Below, in pieces: positions 60,310 to 64,000 of a stretch of DNA of 64,000 nt (the first letter of the stretch is position 1; every line of letters begins with the position of its first letter). Under the pieces are notes generated by a model, which searched no databases, had not been told where the DNA came from, and saw nothing but the letters and a program-made list of their open reading frames with translations. The translations under genes were made by a program, and so were the position numbers. Source of the DNA: an uncultured Candidatus Saccharibacteria bacterium (GTDB taxonomy: Bacteria; Patescibacteriota; Minisyncoccia; RBG-13-40-8-A; JAUWHN01); assembly GCA_964449235.1 (NCBI GenBank), contig CAYVAX010000001.1, forward strand, positions 20,814-84,813, written 5' to 3'.

Positions 60310-61427
60310 GTTTTTGTATATTTAGATATGTTAATTAATATTCCCATTCCTATTAAGGACATTATCATTGAAGATGCCCCATAACTTATAAACGGTAATG
60401 TAATTCCCGTTAATGGAATAAGCCCAACAATAGCTCCGACATTTACAAACGCCTGAATTATAATCCAAAAAGTAATTCCTGCTGCCGTCAATCCAGCAAA
60501 TTTATCCGGACTATTTTTAGCTATTCTTAATCCTCTTACCGCTAGTCCTAAAAACAACATAATCAAGATTGTTGCCCCCACAAAACCTAATTCCTCAGCA
60601 GTAATCGCAAAAACCGAATCACTAGCTGGTGAAGGCAGATAATTATATTTCTGCCTGCTATGCCCCCATCCTAGCCCAAATAAACCGCCTGAACCTACAG
60701 CTAATAATGCCTGCCTTATTTGATAGCCAATGCCCAGGGGGTCAATTTCAGGATTAAGAAATGCTAAGAGCCTATTCATTCGGTATGGAGCCAGCTTAAT
60801 TAATACAAATAAGGCCGCTATTCCTGCTAGCCCAATACTTAAAACATGCATAAACCGTGCACCAGCTAAAAAGAAAACTGCAATTGCAATTGCCGCTATT
60901 ACCACCAGAGTCCCGATATCAGGTTGAGCAATAATAAGTACTCCGATTGCTGTTAACATTAGCAAAAAAGGAAGCGCGCTGTAAGAAAACGTTTTTATTT
61001 CCGATCCCTTTTTTTCTAACCAGGCAGCTAAATATATTATTAATCCTAATTTAAGCACTTCTGAAGGTTGAAATGTAAATATTTTTAAATCTATCCAGCG
61101 TTTTGCTCCCCCATAGCCAAATCCTAGATTGGGTATAAATATTAAAATCAAACAAGATATTGCGATAAATAAAATAGCTAAAGCCCACTTTTTCCAAAAC
61201 CGATAATTAGTTTTGGAAACAATAAAACAACACAATAACCCCACACCAACCCCATAAAAGAGTTGATGAAAAAAATAATAATATGGCTTGCCATAATGCT
61301 CTCGTGATACTTCTGTAGACGCGCTGGCTAAAATCAACAGGCCCATTCCAAGAATACAAAACAAAATAACAATCAAAGTCTTATCCGGCTGATGAGCTTT
61401 TATTGGTTTTTTAATTTTTCTACCCAT
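60306..61427 (-). CDS. ftsW: SEDS peptidoglycan polymerase FtsW
   Basis: GAKRW, QPSE, QPD.GT, GYQ, EELG, LP.ISYG; between murD and murG. Confidence 0.93.
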   Translation of the reverse strand: MGRKIKKPIKAHQPDKTLIVILFCILGMGLLILASASTEVSREHYGKPYYYFFHQLFYGVGVGLLCCFIVSKTNYRFWKKWALAILFIAISCLILIFIPNLGFGYGGAKRWIDLKIFTFQPSEVLKLGLIIYLAAWLEKKGSEIKTFSYSALPFLLMLTAIGVLIIAQPDIGTLVVIAAIAIAVFFLAGARFMHVLSIGLAGIAALFVLIKLAPYRMNRLLAFLNPEIDPLGIGYQIRQALLAVGSGGLFGLGWGHSRQKYNYLPSPASDSVFAITAEELGFVGATILIMLFLGLAVRGLRIAKNSPDKFAGLTAAGITFWIIIQAFVNVGAIVGLIPLTGITLPFISYGASSMIMSLIGMGILINISKYTKT

Positions 61428-62737
61428 AATTTAAATTTTTTTCCACGATCAAATTCATGTTTAAATAATCCAAAACTTGCGCAACCAGGAGAAAGAAGCA
61501 CTATATCTCCTTTTTTAGCGTGTTTACTGGCTTTTTCAACCGCTTTTTCCATATTACCTACTTCTATGGTCTGCTGTTTGTTTACTTCCTTTTTAATTTT
61601 AGTCGTAGCTGTCCCCGGAAGAAGAATTAAAAATTTGGTTTTTTTATTTACCTCTCTAATTAATTCTTCAAAATTTAAATTTTTGTCAGCCCCTCCAGCG
61701 ATTAGAATAATATTTTGGCCTTGCTTTGATTTAGTATTCAGGCAAGATAATGATTTTAGAGCTTCTATAGTTGCTTCTGGAATTGTAGCCGTGGTATCGT
61801 TATAATATTTTACTCCTCTGATTTCTCCTATAAACTCCATCCTCCCCTCTAATCCCTTAAACCTCTTAAGGGTTTTCTTAATTGAGATATCAGGTATTTT
61901 AAATATTTTAGCAACAAGAATAGCGGCTGAAATATTATATAAATTATGCTCCCCAATTAATTGAATATTATTTACGTACTCCCCTGCTTGCTTCTTGGAA
62001 AACAATATCGACCTTGCCTTGGACTGATTGGTAAATTGCCGAACAATATTATCATCCTTGTTTAATATTAAAAAATCTTTTGCTGTCTGAAATTTAAAAA
62101 TATTCTTTTTGGCTTGGATATAATCTTCCATGCCCTGATGACGATTTAAGTGATCGGGTATTATATTCGTCACAACCGCTATATGAGGACTTTTCTTGTA
62201 CAACCCCAGATCTTCCAGCTGCCAACTAGACATTTCTAGAACTACGACTGTATTGTTGTCAACTTTTGAAAGTATTTCTAAGGCCGAAACTCGAATATTA
62301 CCGGCTAATACTGTATTATATTTAGTTTTAAGCAACTTTGTAATTAAGGTGGCAATTGTAGACTTCCCCTTAGTGCCGGTTACGCCAATAATTTTTTTCG
62401 AAGGACAGAGTTTGAAAAATAATCCGATGTCTGTCTCTATGGAAGCTCCGCTCTTTTCAGCTATTTTCAAATATTCTGAATTTCTGGGTACTCCTGGATT
62501 TTTAATAATCAAATCAGCATTTTTAAAATCCCTTATCCGATGTTTTCCTAAAACATATTCTATGTTTTCAAATTCTTTTAACTTGTTTAGGGATTTTTTA
62601 AGATCCTTTCTGTTTTTCTTGTCAGTTACTAAAACCCTTGAGCCTTGTTTTGCAAAAAACTTTGTTGCACCTACTCCTCCGCCGTGCAACCCTAGACCCA
62701 TGATCACTACTTTCTTATTTTGAAAATTTTGCCTCAT
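61400..62737 (-). CDS. murD: UDP-MurNAc-L-Ala--D-Glu ligase
   Basis: GLGLHGGG, TGTKGKST, LEMSSWQL, PDHL.RH, YNDT.AT, LSPGCAS; start may be 62749. Confidence 0.94.
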   Translation of the reverse strand: MRQNFQNKKVVIMGLGLHGGGVGATKFFAKQGSRVLVTDKKNRKDLKKSLNKLKEFENIEYVLGKHRIRDFKNADLIIKNPGVPRNSEYLKIAEKSGASIETDIGLFFKLCPSKKIIGVTGTKGKSTIATLITKLLKTKYNTVLAGNIRVSALEILSKVDNNTVVVLEMSSWQLEDLGLYKKSPHIAVVTNIIPDHLNRHQGMEDYIQAKKNIFKFQTAKDFLILNKDDNIVRQFTNQSKARSILFSKKQAGEYVNNIQLIGEHNLYNISAAILVAKIFKIPDISIKKTLKRFKGLEGRMEFIGEIRGVKYYNDTTATIPEATIEALKSLSCLNTKSKQGQNIILIAGGADKNLNFEELIREVNKKTKFLILLPGTATTKIKKEVNKQQTIEVGNMEKAVEKASKHAKKGDIVLLSPGCASFGLFKHEFDRGKKFKLWVEKLKNQ

Positions 62738-62767
62738 TAAAATATCCAAAAATTCCGTTACAACTCT

Positions 62768-64000
62768 TTAGCTTTTTCGCAATACCCTTCCGTTCATTTT
62801 TTCAATCTGTCTGCCTTTTTTTATTGCCAGCTCTCCATTAACAATCACGTATTCAATCCCTTGAGGGTATCTAAATGGATTTTCAAAATTGGCTTTGTCA
62901 ATAATTGTTTTAGGATTCAGAATGGTTACGTCCGCAAAATTTCCCTTCTTTAGCTCGCCCCTGTTATGTAAGCCAATTTTTTCAGCCGGTCCTTTAGTCA
63001 TTTTGTAAACAGCTTTTTCCCAGCTCATCAATTTTTCTTCTCTTACGTATTTACCTAAAACCCGGGGGAAAGTTCCAAAACAACGCGGGTGAACCAATTC
63101 TTTTCTTCGCTTGTAATAATTAATATCATATCCAGATCCGTCAGAAGCAATAAATCCTAATGGATGCTTTAGAGCTATTTTAACATTCTCCTCATTAAGA
63201 GTTTCGAAAAAAGTAATAACCCTTCCTTCGGAGGCAATAAGAATATTAATGATCGCTTCTTCTACGGATATATTTTGAGTTTGGGCAATTTCAGTAATTT
63301 TTTTACCAATAAAGGTTTTGTCTGCCGGGGAAATAGCTACTGTAACTTTGTCGTATTCATACGGCTGAGTTTCCTGCATTTCTTTAATAACTTTTTGTTT
63401 CACAGTAGGATCTTTTAGTCGTTTAATCAGCATCTGCTTTCCGCCTTCAGCTACCCAATCTGGCAAAAGGATGTACAGCACAGAGCCGGTTTTGTCGTAA
63501 GGATAAGCATCAAAATTTAAATTTATTCCCTGTTTAGCTGCTTTTTCAATCATTTGAATAACTTTTGAGAAATTGGGCCAATTTTTCTTGCCCATCGCCT
63601 TAAGATGAGAAATTTCTGCAGAGATTTTAGATTTGCGAGCTATTGTAATTGTCTCCTTAATTGCCGGAATCAATTCTTCAGCTTCTCCCCGGATATGACT
63701 GGTATACACACCGCCTGCCTTTTTAGCAACTTTAGCTAGTTTAATAATCTCTTCTGTGGAAGCTACTTTGGCATGACTATAAGCTAGTCCAGTTGATAAT
63801 CCAAACGCTCCTTGGGATAAGCCCTCTTTTAACATCTTCTCCATGGTTTTCATCTCTTTTGGTTTTAATTTTCTGAACTCTTCGCCAATAAGTCCCCTTC
63901 TTAAAGTGGAATGTCCTATTAAAGTAGCAAAGTTTATTCCTAGTTTTTTCTTTTCTAAAGTGCTTAAGAACTCCTCCATGCTTAACCAATTTACATTTAC
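62768..64000 (-). CDS. N-acyl-D-amino-acid deacylase (amidohydrolase), 5'-truncated by window edge
   Basis: GAFGLSTGL.Y, SHIRGE, SHLK, DAYPY, ASDG, HPR.FGTFPR.LG; frame open to the window end. Confidence 0.9.
   Translation of the reverse strand, partial: VNVNWLSMEEFLSTLEKKKLGINFATLIGHSTLRRGLIGEEFRKLKPKEMKTMEKMLKEGLSQGAFGLSTGLAYSHAKVASTEEIIKLAKVAKKAGGVYTSHIRGEAEELIPAIKETITIARKSKISAEISHLKAMGKKNWPNFSKVIQMIEKAAKQGINLNFDAYPYDKTGSVLYILLPDWVAEGGKQMLIKRLKDPTVKQKVIKEMQETQPYEYDKVTVAISPADKTFIGKKITEIAQTQNISVEEAIINILIASEGRVITFFETLNEENVKIALKHPLGFIASDGSGYDINYYKRRKELVHPRCFGTFPRVLGKYVREEKLMSWEKAVYKMTKGPAEKIGLHNRGELKKGNFADVTILNPKTIIDKANFENPFRYPQGIEYVIVNGELAIKKGRQIEKMNGRVLRKS

Overview
AT-rich, gene-dense bacterial chromosome segment in standard code 11 (TGA serves as a stop). 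Gene content (compact GAD-less AspRS, SD-less housekeeping genes, rplI present, membrane-anchored Clp ATPase, single Xer) suggests Patescibacteria/CPR, probably Parcubacteria; this is inference. Most of the window is housekeeping: peptidoglycan and division (mrdA, mltG, mraZ-rsmH-ftsL-ftsI-murF, ddl, murD-ftsW-murG), translation (aspS, cysS, gltX, rplJ/L/U/I, rpmA, tRNA-Val, tRNA-Glu), the hrcA-grpE-dnaK-dnaJ heat-shock locus with a CIRCE, and transporters. Gene orientation flips from mostly + to all - near 54 kb, where a dif-like site overlaps the start codon of a Xer recombinase, so this is probably the replication terminus. The standout is an accessory locus at 10.3-16.7 kb. It looks like a donor-strand-type surface fibre (tip, major subunit, membrane-bound chaperone) tied to the membrane through a dockerin adaptor and a cohesin polyprotein. 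Upstream is a leader ORF containing a (GA)22 tract and a terminator hairpin, which together could form a phase-variable attenuator. Other accessory items are a tandem metallophosphoesterase / HNH-like / Clp-D2 ATPase island, a histone-H1-like fusion protein, and a glycoside-hydrolase lipoprotein paired with a beta-barrel-like protein. All calls come from motif recognition by eye; no database search was run.
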